Source: Ginglymostoma cirratum
Lineage: Eukaryota
Length of the DNA stretch: 64,000 nucleotides
Assembly: GCA_024137785.1 (NCBI GenBank)
Contig: JAHRHZ010000067.1
Coordinates: forward strand, 4,311,281-4,375,280
Reading direction: 5' to 3'
Shown here: positions 1 to 10,300 of the stretch, piece by piece
Layout of the letters: each line of letters starts with the position of its first letter
Numbering within the stretch: position 1 is the first letter of the stretch
Notes under the pieces: generated by a model
Seen by the model: only the letters and a program-made list of their open reading frames with translations
Databases searched by the model: none
Told to the model about the DNA's origin: nothing
Position numbers and translations under genes: made by a program

Positions 1-929
1 GGCAATGCAGTCTGTATTTAGCAGTAAAAATTATTCACTAAAGGTGGCTGTATTTTTGTCAGTTCTGTTTAAGGGTCTAGCAAAATAGAGCAACTGATTC
101 AATCTTGTCCACATTGAGTAGTTCTGTTTTTTAGTAGCAGACATTTGAATTATGGTACTGACTGCATTTAAGACAGCTATGTTAAAAATTTTAACTTTGT
201 GGTATGATGGAACATACCATTAGTTTTCATCATAACTCATAGGAATTATCCCAAAAATACAGTCTCAAACACAGACCAAGTTTGCGAAGGAAGGTGTAAA
301 TTAGTGTGACTTCTGTGGATTTCAAGACAATAATTGGTGTGTGCTAGGAAGAATTTCATTTACATTTAAAAGCAATCAGCAAAACAAATATTACATAGCA
401 CTCACTACTATTACTTTTTAAATCACACTTACAGGTGATTACACTACACGAGAGGCTCATAAAAAATCACTGTACCCCTTACAGAGAAACAGAATAATTT
501 TACATACTGCAAATTGTGGTTCACTGTTGCATTTTGTAATGTACACATATACAGTTTGGCAAAAAAAAACTGGTTTAGTTTTGTTCTCATTGTTGACTGC
601 ATTCTTCATCTGTCTTTGGGTTGGAGAGTGGATGTTGCGTGATACACACATTTCTATCATAGCAACTTTTTTTCAGATATTAGCATTATAAAATTTGATC
701 CTGTAGAACAGAGAGCATTGAATTTTGATTGTTATAAAACTCATGAATTTTTAAAATTTCTGTACATAGTTTAAGTTGCATTTATATGTTTTAAATGTAA
801 TAAAAGTTAGAAGGAAACTTGCAATGTGTGTTTTTACATTTAGGAATTCTGACTTCAGCTGTAAATAGTTCATTTTCATCTCACAAGCTAACCTACATTA
901 TGGGACTTTCATATATGAAGTAACACTTA

Positions 930-1425
930 TTAGAATTGGATTTTATTGTCACATTCAAGTATGGGGATACATGAGTACAGTGAAAAGTGTACAAAGTCAC
1001 CATTTCTGGTGCCATCTTAGGTACAGTGGTGCCCAGGTACAAAATCTTAGATATAGGTTTGAGAAATAAAGTTAAAGTTCAGCATCATAGTCTTTCTAAA
1101 GCAGGGAAGGATTTAAAAAAAAGTAGCAGATGGTGTAAACAAGTCCATGCTGGGCTTCAACTTGGGTCCACACTGGGCTCTACTGCACTGGGCTTCACCT
1201 CAACAATGGGAGTTGGTGCTGGGCTTCACCTTGAGGCCGGAAGGCAGCACTGGGCTTCACCTTGAGGCCGGGAGGCTGTGCTGGGCTTCACCTTGAGGCC
1301 GGGAGGCTGTGCTGGGCTTCACCTTGAAGCCGGGAGGCTGCACTGGGCTTCACCTTGAGGCCGGGAGGCTGCACTGGGCTTCGCCTCGAGTCCATGCTTG
1401 TCGTTTGTCGCGAACCGAGAGCAGG
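930..1425 (-). mobile_element. L2/Rex-tailed non-autonomous retroelement fragment containing a minisatellite
   Basis: Reverse complement of a ttttcactgtactc...tgtgacaataaaa-type LINE tail at about 935-990. A similar tail appears on + at about 6970-7025. Confidence 0.45.
1142..1398. repeat. 31-bp GC-rich minisatellite, about 8 copies (ctgggcttcaccttgaggccgggaggctgtg)
   Basis: Directly visible tandem repeat; outer copies degenerate. Confidence 0.9.
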
Positions 1426-1431
1426 TGCTCT

Positions 1432-2055
1432 ACAACACCTTCCAGTCGCGAACTACTTCAACTCCCCCTCCCACTCCTTGGACGACATGTCCACCCTGGG
1501 CCTCCTCCAGTGTCACAATGACACCACCCGGAAATTGAAGGAACAGCACCTCATATTCCGCCTTGGGAGCCTACAACCCAATGGTCTCAATGTGGACTTT
1601 ACTAGCTTCAAAATCTCCCCACCCATGACCAACACTCCCTGTCATCCTCGCATCCTTGACCTGTCCGTCTTCACTCTCACCTTTCTGCTCCTGCCACCTC
1701 ACTGACCAACCCTCACCATTGCCCACCTGCACTCACCCATCACCATCCCACCTACTTCTCATCCCCGCCTCCTTGACTTGTCCATCTTCTCTCCCACCTC
1801 ACTAACCAACCCTCACCACTGCCTACCTGCACTCACCTATCACCACCTCACCTATCACCACCCCACCTACATTCCCCAGCCCCACCCCTCCTCTATTTAT
1901 TTCACAGCTCCCTACCCCTCCCCCATTTCTGAAGAAGGGTCCCAACCTGAAACGTCAGCTTTACTGTTCCTCTGATGCTGCCTCGTCTGCTGTGTTCCTC
2001 CAGCTCCACACTGTGTTATCTCAGACTCCAGCATCAGCAGTTCTTCCTATCTCTA
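1432..2055 (+). mobile_element. 5'-truncated Penelope-like retroelement (GIY-YIG C-terminus, 3' UTR/pLTR with hammerhead core)
   Basis: Encodes PVANYFNSPSHSLDDMSTLGLLQCHNDTTRKLKEQHLIFRLGSLQPNGLNVDF, resembling a PLE endonuclease end. A C-rich UTR follows, then CTGAAGAagggtcccaacctGAAACGTC at 1929-1956 and the tail ...ccagcatcagcagttc. Confidence 0.8.
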
Positions 2056-2349
2056 CTTCTAGGTATTGTCATTTTTTTCCCCAGTTGTTCAGTTGCACCT
2101 ATCAAAATGTGAGCCCTCAGGTTTGGCTTCATAAGAAAACAGTATTATCCTCACAAGTATTGCTTGTGCTCAATAGTATATTCTAATGCTGAATATGTTT
2201 CAATCCAAAAATTTCATTGTAGTAGCCATTGAATTTTCTTTCCTCATTCATACTCAATTTTTGAACTTCATCTCAAATTATTGATCTTGTGGTAGTGGGA
2301 CAAAATCTATAAGCTGCCATTCAGTAGTTCATACACCTAGACATTTAGC

Positions 2350-2510
2350 TATCAGGACAGTGGTAACACTGTTACTTCTGAGTTCAAGATGAAATGTTCA
2401 GGCCTCACTCTAGGACTTGAGCACAATAATGTAGGCTTACACTCCAGTACAGAACTGAGAGAGTACTGCATTGTTGGAGATGTGAACTTTTGGATGAGAT
2501 GTTAAATGCT
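2350..2510 (+). mobile_element. tRNA-derived DeuSINE (SacSINE-like) fragment
   Basis: gacttgagcacaataatgtaggcttacactccagtacagaactgagagagtactgcattgttggagatgtgaacttttggatgagatgttaaa resembles the shark SINE body and Deu domain as I recall it. Confidence 0.55.
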
Positions 2511-3393
2511 GTTTTTCAGTCTGTCCAGGAAGTTATTTGTAGGTGTTGCTGCCTGTTAGGTGTTTCAGTCATGATATCTCAGATGCAATCATACTGAAGG
2601 CAAGAAAATTCAGATCCTATTAGTCCTCCACGTCTATCTTGCAGTTAGTGCACTGACACTGACTCCAACCTTCTGGACTTCAAAGGCAGCATTTTCTCGT
2701 GTGATGACTTCTAAGTATCAGTCCAATGCTTTCTGGATTGCTCAGAAAGGAACTTTTCATGGTTTGATGACCCAAGGTACATAAGAGAATATTTGCTGAG
2801 TCACAACTAAATTGACAGGCTACGTGCGCGTTACTGTTGAGTTATGGATTGGCCTAACGACAAAACCCATTGTCTTTCACAGCCCTCTCTAATTTATATT
2901 TCTATACGGAAATATTCATGTGTTTGTTACAGCTACTATTTCTAGAGTGATTTCCAGGAGTATTACGAAGGGATTATTTTGATTCAGTCAACTAGCTTTT
3001 TCGTCACACAGATTGATTGGGTTAATCAGAGCAGTCCATGTTTAAAATACAAAACAAATTAAATAGGCAAAGCACTATGGCACAAAATCTCAAACAGATT
3101 TATAAAACTACACTACTATTTAATTTAATGTTGCTTTAAAATAGTAGGATTAAAAGAATGTAATACTTGTCTCTAGTGAGCTAATTTCTGGTTTCATGCT
3201 CCACTGGAGATCCTTACTGGAAATATGATTTCAACAATTCTGGCACGTTTAGATTGAAGATCTAAAACAAATTATATGCAACACACACCCAAATTTAATG
3301 TTGTGCACTCTTAGTGAAAGTTACGTGGTGGGAACACAAAATTGGAAAGATTCGAAAGGAACGGAAGAGAAAGATTCACCAAACTTCTAATAA

Positions 3394-3407
3394 CCAGCAG
3401 ATGGCGG
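3394..3407 (+). promoter_or_regulatory. Candidate CTCF binding site
   Basis: CCAGCAGATGGCGG matches the core consensus CCASYAGRKGGCRS, in otherwise AT-rich DNA. Confidence 0.4.
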
Positions 3408-4743
3408 CCTAGTCGCAGCAAAAGAGTGAATAGTCCTCAAACATATTGTTGACCTTTTTGAGTATTTACAGTGTTTCTGTTTAATTTCACATTCTGAATG
3501 TTTTTAATCGACTTTATAATTAATATGGGTCTTGATACCTGATACACTTCTTGTGGGTTCAGAGATCTCATACTGGATGATTAATTTTTAGCATAATTTA
3601 TTCCAGAATAAAAGCAAACAAAACTTTTAAGAATGACCTTTGATTCTATCTTTGGGTCCTTCCTATTCATTTACAATTGCCTCCTCAATAATAGTATCAG
3701 CAGATTTTTTTGTTGTTTCCTCGTTACAGTCAATTCACAGTTTAACATTTGGAGTAATTCTGGTATTTGAAACTGGGATACTAGCTAGGTGGCATGACCT
3801 GTGCAAAAACAGAAAGAGATATATTTTCCTCCTTGTCCACTGTGCAACCCCATTCCTCCATATGCCAAGTGACCAAAAAAAGTACATGGCACAGATATTT
3901 ACGGATAAATCACATCGTGCATCGTAACATTTATGTACCTCTGTACATGTACCCTGACTTATTGCTGGCACTTTCGCTGATTTCCTCAAAATTCAGAGAG
4001 TTGAGTACAATAAAGACTGACACTTCAGTGCAGACCTTTGAAAATATTGACTGAGACTTTGGAGCAGCAACAGAGTAAGGATGCTGAAGGGAACTATGGA
4101 TGGGCAATAAATGCTGGCCAGCCAGCACATCCAACAAAATGAATTTTTTAAAATGCTTATAACTGACTGTGACATAGGTTTTGTTGAGAAATCTTGTAAT
4201 GTCTCTGATGAAAATTACAGCTCCAGTTCCATTCAGTAGTGCAGCAACTGATTCAGCAATCTTTACTGGGCATTAACAACTTGAAGCAGCGGTGAAGTCA
4301 TCAGATGATCTAAACACCTGAAAATGTTAAAATATTTTCACAAATAATCTCATCCCTTAAATCAGAAACACAAAGCACTGAAATAAAAAGTTTTAGAGCA
4401 AATTACATATCGGCACATATAAGTGCGGTGAGGATAGAAGATAAAACATTCTAAATAAAATGTTTAATTTTAAGCTTTAGAAAAGAATTCACTTTATCAG
4501 TCCATGAATATAAAATTATTTTTTCTGAAATTCTGTACATCAAATTTTATTCATTTTTAAAAACTTAGTTACGTCTGATTGAACAAGATGTAACTTTTTA
4601 TAGATTTCTACTTAAATCATTCGAAGCAGAACCTTGGAGGGGTTGGGGTGATGCAGTGTGTATGTCACAGCCCATGTTGGAGCTCTAAGGGACAAACTGT
4701 AATCCTAGGATATCCTCATTAATCACATCTAACCTTGAGATTG

Positions 4744-4927
4744 AATTAGAGGAGTAGGAAAGTTGACTTTTCAGATCGGGACCCTTTTCCTGAAGAAGCC
4801 ATTGCTGAAGAAGGGTTCTGACCTGAAACGTCAACTTTCCTGCTCCTATGATGCTGCCTGGCCCACTGTGTTCCTCCACCTCCACGCTGTGTTATCTTTG
4901 ACTCCAGCATCTGCAGTTCTTGCGAGC
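4744..4927 (+). mobile_element. Short Penelope-derived hammerhead element with partial 5' inversion, 16-bp TSD
   Basis: TSD tctaaccttgagattg at 4728-4743 and 4928-4943. Core CTGAAGAagggttctgacctGAAACGTC at 4805-4832. Partial inverted copy at about 4750-4790. Confidence 0.85.
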
Positions 4928-5454
4928 TCTAACCTTGAGATTGCATCTGTTTCAGAGGGATGATCATTGCATAAAGTTCTAAAAGAGTTAATATGGAATG
5001 CCCTAAGCACCATCCGTTATGATGTCATATGGACTTGCAGGAAGAATGGGATCTCAAAACCTAATATCCAGGACAGAGAGTGTATTTATCATCAAAGTAA
5101 CCTGTAATTAGGTGCTAACATGTAATAAACTCCTACTTATTTAATACAAGAGCCTGTTTTAGTAAGACTAGTAAATTGTTTCTTCTACCACAGTCGACCA
5201 AACAGGCTCCGGAGTTCCCTTCGAGAATGGTAGCACTAAACATGCCAATTGGAGGCGTAGACTCTATTTGAGTGTACTTGCAACAAACTCTTAATTCCAT
5301 ATTAGTTGTATTGTGCAACTTATGAGCATTGATGTCGTGGACCGTATGAATAGCCACAGGAAGAATGGTTGTGTTTGTATACTTGTAATGTGTAAAATAA
5401 ATAAATATAAATGTGTTTAAAGATTGGCTTCTAGGTATTTTTTAATCAGCCTGC

Positions 5455-5550
5455 TCAAGGATGTTTTATGGCACATCTCTGGAGCAGGTGGGACTTGAAC
5501 TCATGGTTAAGAGTTAGGGGACACTGCCATTGCGCCATAAGTGCCCTCTT
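5455..5550 (-). mobile_element. Short tRNA-derived SINE (related copies at about 15290-15385 +, 43430-43530 -, 49640-49710 +)
   Basis: Shared B-box-like gttcaagtcccacc and ...gtgtccct... head. Confidence 0.55.
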
Positions 5551-6508
5551 GGCTTCGGTTCTACGCTACAGTACATGGCTTTCTGGAGGAGGAGAGCTGT
5601 TTAGCATTTATCCCACCAACATAATTAAAATTGTAGTTGGTTAATTTGCAGGTTCTTGCTAAGACTAGTCAGTGTCCAAAAGTACTTGAGGTACTTCTCT
5701 CAGTCAATTAATTTCTGGGGTCACGAAAAATGAAATAACTGCAAACATTTTGCAGAATCCATTGATAGCTTGAGGTACAATGCAGTTCACTCATATCTAG
5801 GTATGAATCAATACACATGTGCTCTTAAATTGCAATACACAGCTGGTGGTGAAAGGTCAATTTGTGATCACTTGTGAACACTAAACTAATTTTAAATTCT
5901 GTCCAGACCCTTGGAAACTGGAAACAAGATGGCAGCAGAGTGGGGCTCCTTAACCGGAGCTCGTCCACTCCAACCACTTTCCTTCTTTCTTTTCTCGTCT
6001 GTCTTGTTTTTGTTTTCTTTCCCTTACTTACTTCTTGTCCTGAGCTCGGATGGTAGCAGCAGCAGCAAGAGCCCAGCACGGACCTCGAGTGGGCCCAGCG
6101 CGAACGTCGAGTGAGCACTTTTCCAGGTCGAGCACAGGAGCTAGCATTTCAATCAGCAGTTGCTACATCGGTGGAGGAAACGTTGGTGAGGTAGGCCCCT
6201 GGGTGAAAGATTGCACCTGAGGATAAGCAGCTTAATCATTGGTTTGGTCCGGTGCTGGCAGCGGCAAAGTGGTGACGGAAGGGCATCACAGCAACACCAG
6301 CAAGATGGGCCCAGTGGCGAACGATGTGACTCGGACGTTGTTTGGTCTGGTGCAGGCTGCAGCGAGGTGCGGTGGAGAATTGGCCCAGCAGCAAGAACTA
6401 GCACCTGAGGCTCAGCGACTAGCATGTCGGTTGGGTCCGGAACAGATGGCAGCAAAAGCAGTGGGGGGCGGGGGATGGTGGCACAAAACTGGCTCAGGGC
6501 TGATGGAC

Positions 6509-6660
6509 ATAACACAGTGTGAAGCTGGAGGAACACAGCAGGCCAGGCAGCATCAGAGGAGCAGTAAAGTTGACGTTTCAGGTCGGGACCCCTCATCAGA
6601 AATCTGAATTTCAGACCTTGATGCCATGTCTGACTCCAGCATGGGCAGTTCTTACTATCT
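6509..6660. mobile_element. Short Penelope-derived hammerhead element (inverted 5' part)
   Basis: Imperfect TSD ctcagggctgatggac 6493-6508 / ctcaggactgagggac 6661-6676. Minus-strand core CTGATGAggggtcccgacctGAAACGTC at 6599-6572. Confidence 0.8.
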
Positions 6661-6692
6661 CTCAGGACTGAGGGACTCCCTTTAATCGATAT

Positions 6693-6900
6693 AAAAACCG
6701 AAAGAACTGCAGATGCTGTAAATCAGGAACAAAAACAGAAGTTACTGGAAATAATCAGCAGGTCTGGCAGCATCTATGAAGAAAAAAAATTAGAACTTGA
6801 GGAAGGGCCACCGGACCCTAAATGTTAACTCTGATTTGTTTTTTCTGCACAGATGCTGCCAGACCTGCTGAACTTTTCCAGCAACTTGTGTTTTTGTTCT
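6693..6900 (-). mobile_element. Fold-back Penelope-derived element (same subfamily as 56884-57103)
   Basis: Arms gaacaaaaacagaagttactggaaataatcagcaggtctggcagcatct / agatgctgccagacctgctgaacttttccagcaacttgtgtttttgttc. Decayed core tgaggaagggccaccggaccctaaatgtt. Confidence 0.8.
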
Positions 6901-7108
6901 CTTTCAGCTATATCTTTCTTTCCTTATTCTTAAATTATTCAAAATAGCGCCGAATCGTGGCGAAAAGTGAAAGCTTTTCACTGTATTCTTACTGTAAAAT
7001 ACACATGACAACAAAATCATTCAAGCCATGTTGGTGGGAAAGGGAGGGAGGGAGAACCATTTGCACAGCCAGTATTGGAGCAGTAAGGCGAGCAGGGGGC
7101 GGGATTAC

Positions 7109-7180
7109 CTGTGAACTCTGACACTGCATTGGCGGAGACCGCTGTCCATCATACTGTGTGATGGCGGACGCCATCTTGCG
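7109..7180 (-). other. Candidate first exon of a divergent minus-strand gene (by synteny probably an ACACA 5' exon)
   Basis: Minus strand reads CAAGATGGCGTCC...GAGTTCACAG|gtaatc, a strong donor at 7109/7108. ACACA is head-to-head with TADA2A in mammals, but no ACACA coding sequence is present in this window. Confidence 0.5.
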
Positions 7181-7363
7181 GGCGGGCCGTTGGAGTGAGT
7201 TGGGGAATGAAATGGCGGCAGGCGGACAGTAGCCCGGCGATGGGTAGAAGGAGCAGTCTTTTAGCCCAACAAAAAGTCGTCGGTGCTGGGTCGTCGCTGC
7301 GGTTTAATTCAGTCTGACTTAATTTTGTTTCCGTTTTCGCTCGTCGGCGCCGCTTTGTGAAGC

Positions 7364-7388
7364 ATGGATCGGCTGGCGCCCTTCGGCA
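7364..7388 (+). CDS. TADA2A: TADA2A coding exon 1 (MDRLAPFG-S)
   Basis: agcATGGATCGGCTGGCGCCCTTCGGCA|gtgagt, 25 nt, phase 1, inside the CpG island. Confidence 0.9.
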
Positions 7389-10300
7389 GTGAGTAGCCCC
7401 CCCCGCCCTGTGTCTCACCCTCGGGGGATGGAGGGGGTGTGGATGGCTGATAACCGGAGGATCGGGGCTCTCCTCGGGCTTGTAGCTGCAGCGTTTACCA
7501 TGAGCCGGCAATTGAATCGGACTCGCGCTTGGGCGAGAAATTTGCTTCTCAATAAAAGCTCCTCTTCCAATCTCTTTTTTTTCCCCCGCCCCCACCAAAC
7601 ATCTAATGCTAAAAGAACATCCAGATGTCTTTGCCTGAAATAAATCTGTAGCCACAGTGATGTGCCGTGCTTTTTAATGTATGGATCACTGTTTCCGAGG
7701 CGACTTTCTCCCCCCGTCACCTTCCTTTTCTAAAACAAAACACAGCGTCTGAGAGCTCAGACTCGCAGATAAACCGTGCCAAGCCAACCTTTTTCAGACT
7801 GAATTTAATCCCTCTAGATCCTCGCTCCAACTCACTTGTCTGTGTGTGCCTCAAACTGGGGTGTCAGTGGAGGATTTGTGTTTAGTCAAGAGAATATGCC
7901 ACGTGTGTTGTGTATTAGCTCTCCCTCGCTTCTGATGGCCACCGAGCGAAGTGCAGGCAAGCTGTGTGACCTGAGCTGCAACAGACCCAGGCAAGGTTGG
8001 TTCATGTCAACTGGGACAACAAGGACCTCGGTTGAATTGGGCTGCTCGTCGAGAAGCGTCGTCCATCGTTTTAGTTGCTGGCCTTTTTAAACTTTTCGTT
8101 TTGCCCTTTCCTCTGGTGTCCGTAATATTTCAACAGCACCCCAAAACAAATCTTATAAGTCTGAGAAATGCAAAGTACCCTGAAAATGATCAGCAAGTCA
8201 GCCCATCACTGCGATAAGAAAAAAGTTTGTGCATTTCTTTAGACCTTTAGTGAGTACAGGATGTATCAAAGTTTCTTGTGGATGCAAACATCTAGCCACT
8301 AACGCTTCCTACCTTACTCCTGTGTCTGTATCTTTACTTTTGTCTGTGTGCAATTTTATGTAAGTCTTATTGTGAAATAAAATTACTGAAACACAAAAGC
8401 AGGAAAAAGCTGCAAAGACAGACGAGTAAATGCATGGGAGGAGGTTATATATGGTTTCTAGTATTTCTGTTTTATATTTCAGTATTTTGCCTCCATGAAA
8501 GAACTGTCGGGGAAAGCAGTCCAATTCTTAACAATTTCCTTAACTCACCAAAGTAAAATCTAGATGTAAAAGCACGTTTATCTAGCAGTTTCCTATTATG
8601 CAACCAGAGCACCACTCCAACACGTATTACACCAGGGTGGGTTGCTGAGGCATTAAAAGATTATATGAAAGGGGAAAGGAAATAAAAACACTCGCTGCAA
8701 ACTGGTGTCTTGTCCTGTTGTATTTCTTCTCCCCTTCCACCATGCCACATCTATCCAGTCAAAAAAACATGTTACTTCTAATTTTTGTCAAATGAGGGGC
8801 ATTTTTGTCTTCAGATTTTCTCTATTTCCTCCTAGAATTAATGTGAAAATATTTCAAAACCTTCCAAAAACTAATGCTCCATATGTCCAAAGAACCTTTT
8901 GAAAGTCACGTTCTTTACCTCTAGGTTTTTAAACAGCATTTTCCATTATTCCCCATAGCTTCATGCAAAAAAAAATTAAATCATGGAGTACTTCATATAT
9001 GCTGTGTACAAAAGCAAAATTCTGCCAATATCAGTAATCTGAGATTAAGAATGTGCTGGAAATTCTCAGCAGGTTAGGCAGCATCTGCGGGCATTGAAGT
9101 AGTTAGTGCTACAGGTCTCTAACGTTTCATGAGAACTGGAAAAGAAGTTACAAATTTTACTGGGATTTAAGCAAGTACATTGGTCAGGAAAGGAGATTAC
9201 AATGAAAGGGAAGTTCTTATAGTGTGGAATACAGGAGTGCTAAAATGATTGATCTTTTGGCATTTAATTATTCTTGCCTTCTGCCCAATTAACAAAGTTT
9301 TTTTTTCTGTTCTTTCCCTTTCCCCAATTTCCCCACCCCTCTACTTTCTGGCGTGTTGCATCTGTAACGTTTTCCATTTTTGTTGACAGATAATCAAACT
9401 AAAATCTTAATTTTCTCTCGCAACATCCTGCCTGACCGGCTGAGTACTTCTGGCATTTTCTTTTCCATGTCACGCACTTGTCTGTAATGACCCATTTCCT
9501 GATCGGAATCTCTATATAGGGAGCAAAAATGTTTGTATAAATAAAGTATATGCATATAATAGTGCTGTTACTAATCCAGTTGTCATGTTTCATGTTATGT
9601 TTCTCAATTTTTAAAAATTACTTTGAATCATTGTTTTAACACAAGACTCATGTATCTGATTTTTCATTGATGCTTTGAAATTATTTTATTCAAACTGTTG
9701 CTACCATTGCTGCATTGCTTTTCGTTGCCAGTACTGCAACCTAGTGTTGTACAGCTAAAAGTGTTTCTTTCAGAGACAAATCAAAGTTTGAAAAGCTAAC
9801 GTCCATATACAAGCTGCTGTGTGGTTTTCTTATGGTTGGTATGGCAATCTCATGTTCACGTTGAGAATTACCTAAAATATATGAGAAGTGGTTTGTAAGT
9901 AGTTGTTGGACTGGCTCTGATGGTTGCATAAAAATGTAGCAGTTCCACTGTTACAGATAGCACAAGGTGATTTGTTGTATGAATATTTACTGTAACATTA
10001 AATCTATGCATACTATTTGGAAATATCACTTGCTGAATTGCCTTGATCTGACTTTATTTCAGGTGACCCCTTTGATCAACCACCATGTCGTGGATGTTCC
10101 TCTTATCTAATGGAACCCTACATAAAGTGTGCAGACTGTGGACCTCCTCCACTACTTATATGTTTACAGGTACACTACCATTAATTGAGCTTATAAGAGA
10201 TTGAAGGTAATACATTTGTCTTCCATGCTTACATTTCATACCCTATGATTGCAGGGTTTGATTGCAGGTTCAGCAATAATCCTACGTGCAGATATTAAAG

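Larger units (their letters stand above)
5915..7025 (+). mobile_element. GC-rich non-autonomous retroelement with L2-type tail, carrying two nested Penelope-derived inserts
   Basis: Begins at aagatggcagc and ends at ttttcactgtattc...catgacaacaaaatc. Interrupted at 6509-6660 and about 6693-6900. Confidence 0.5.
7050..7560. promoter_or_regulatory. CpG-island bidirectional promoter (TADA2A / divergent gene)
   Basis: Most CpG-rich non-repeat stretch in the window. YY1-type motifs CGCCATCTTG 7169-7178 and AAATGGCGGC 7210-7219 in opposite orientation, GC box GGGCGGG at about 7180-7186, inverted CCAAT (ATTGG) at about 7074 and 7128. Confidence 0.8.

Noticed and set aside
3640-4320. Overlapping ORFs as ACACA or other coding exons
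   Set aside because: No similarity to the ACACA N-terminus that I can see, stops follow the candidate acceptors, and a repeat-tail fragment lies at about 4085-4135.
6989-7174. 61-aa minus-strand ORF MASAITQ... as a complete protein
   Set aside because: It crosses a strong splice donor at 7109. Only the first 22 codons could be exonic, and they match nothing I recognise.
7149-7720. ORFs of 168, 101 and 84 aa across the CpG island
   Set aside because: GC-rich stop-poor sequence with no recognisable domain; they overlap the real TADA2A first coding exon.
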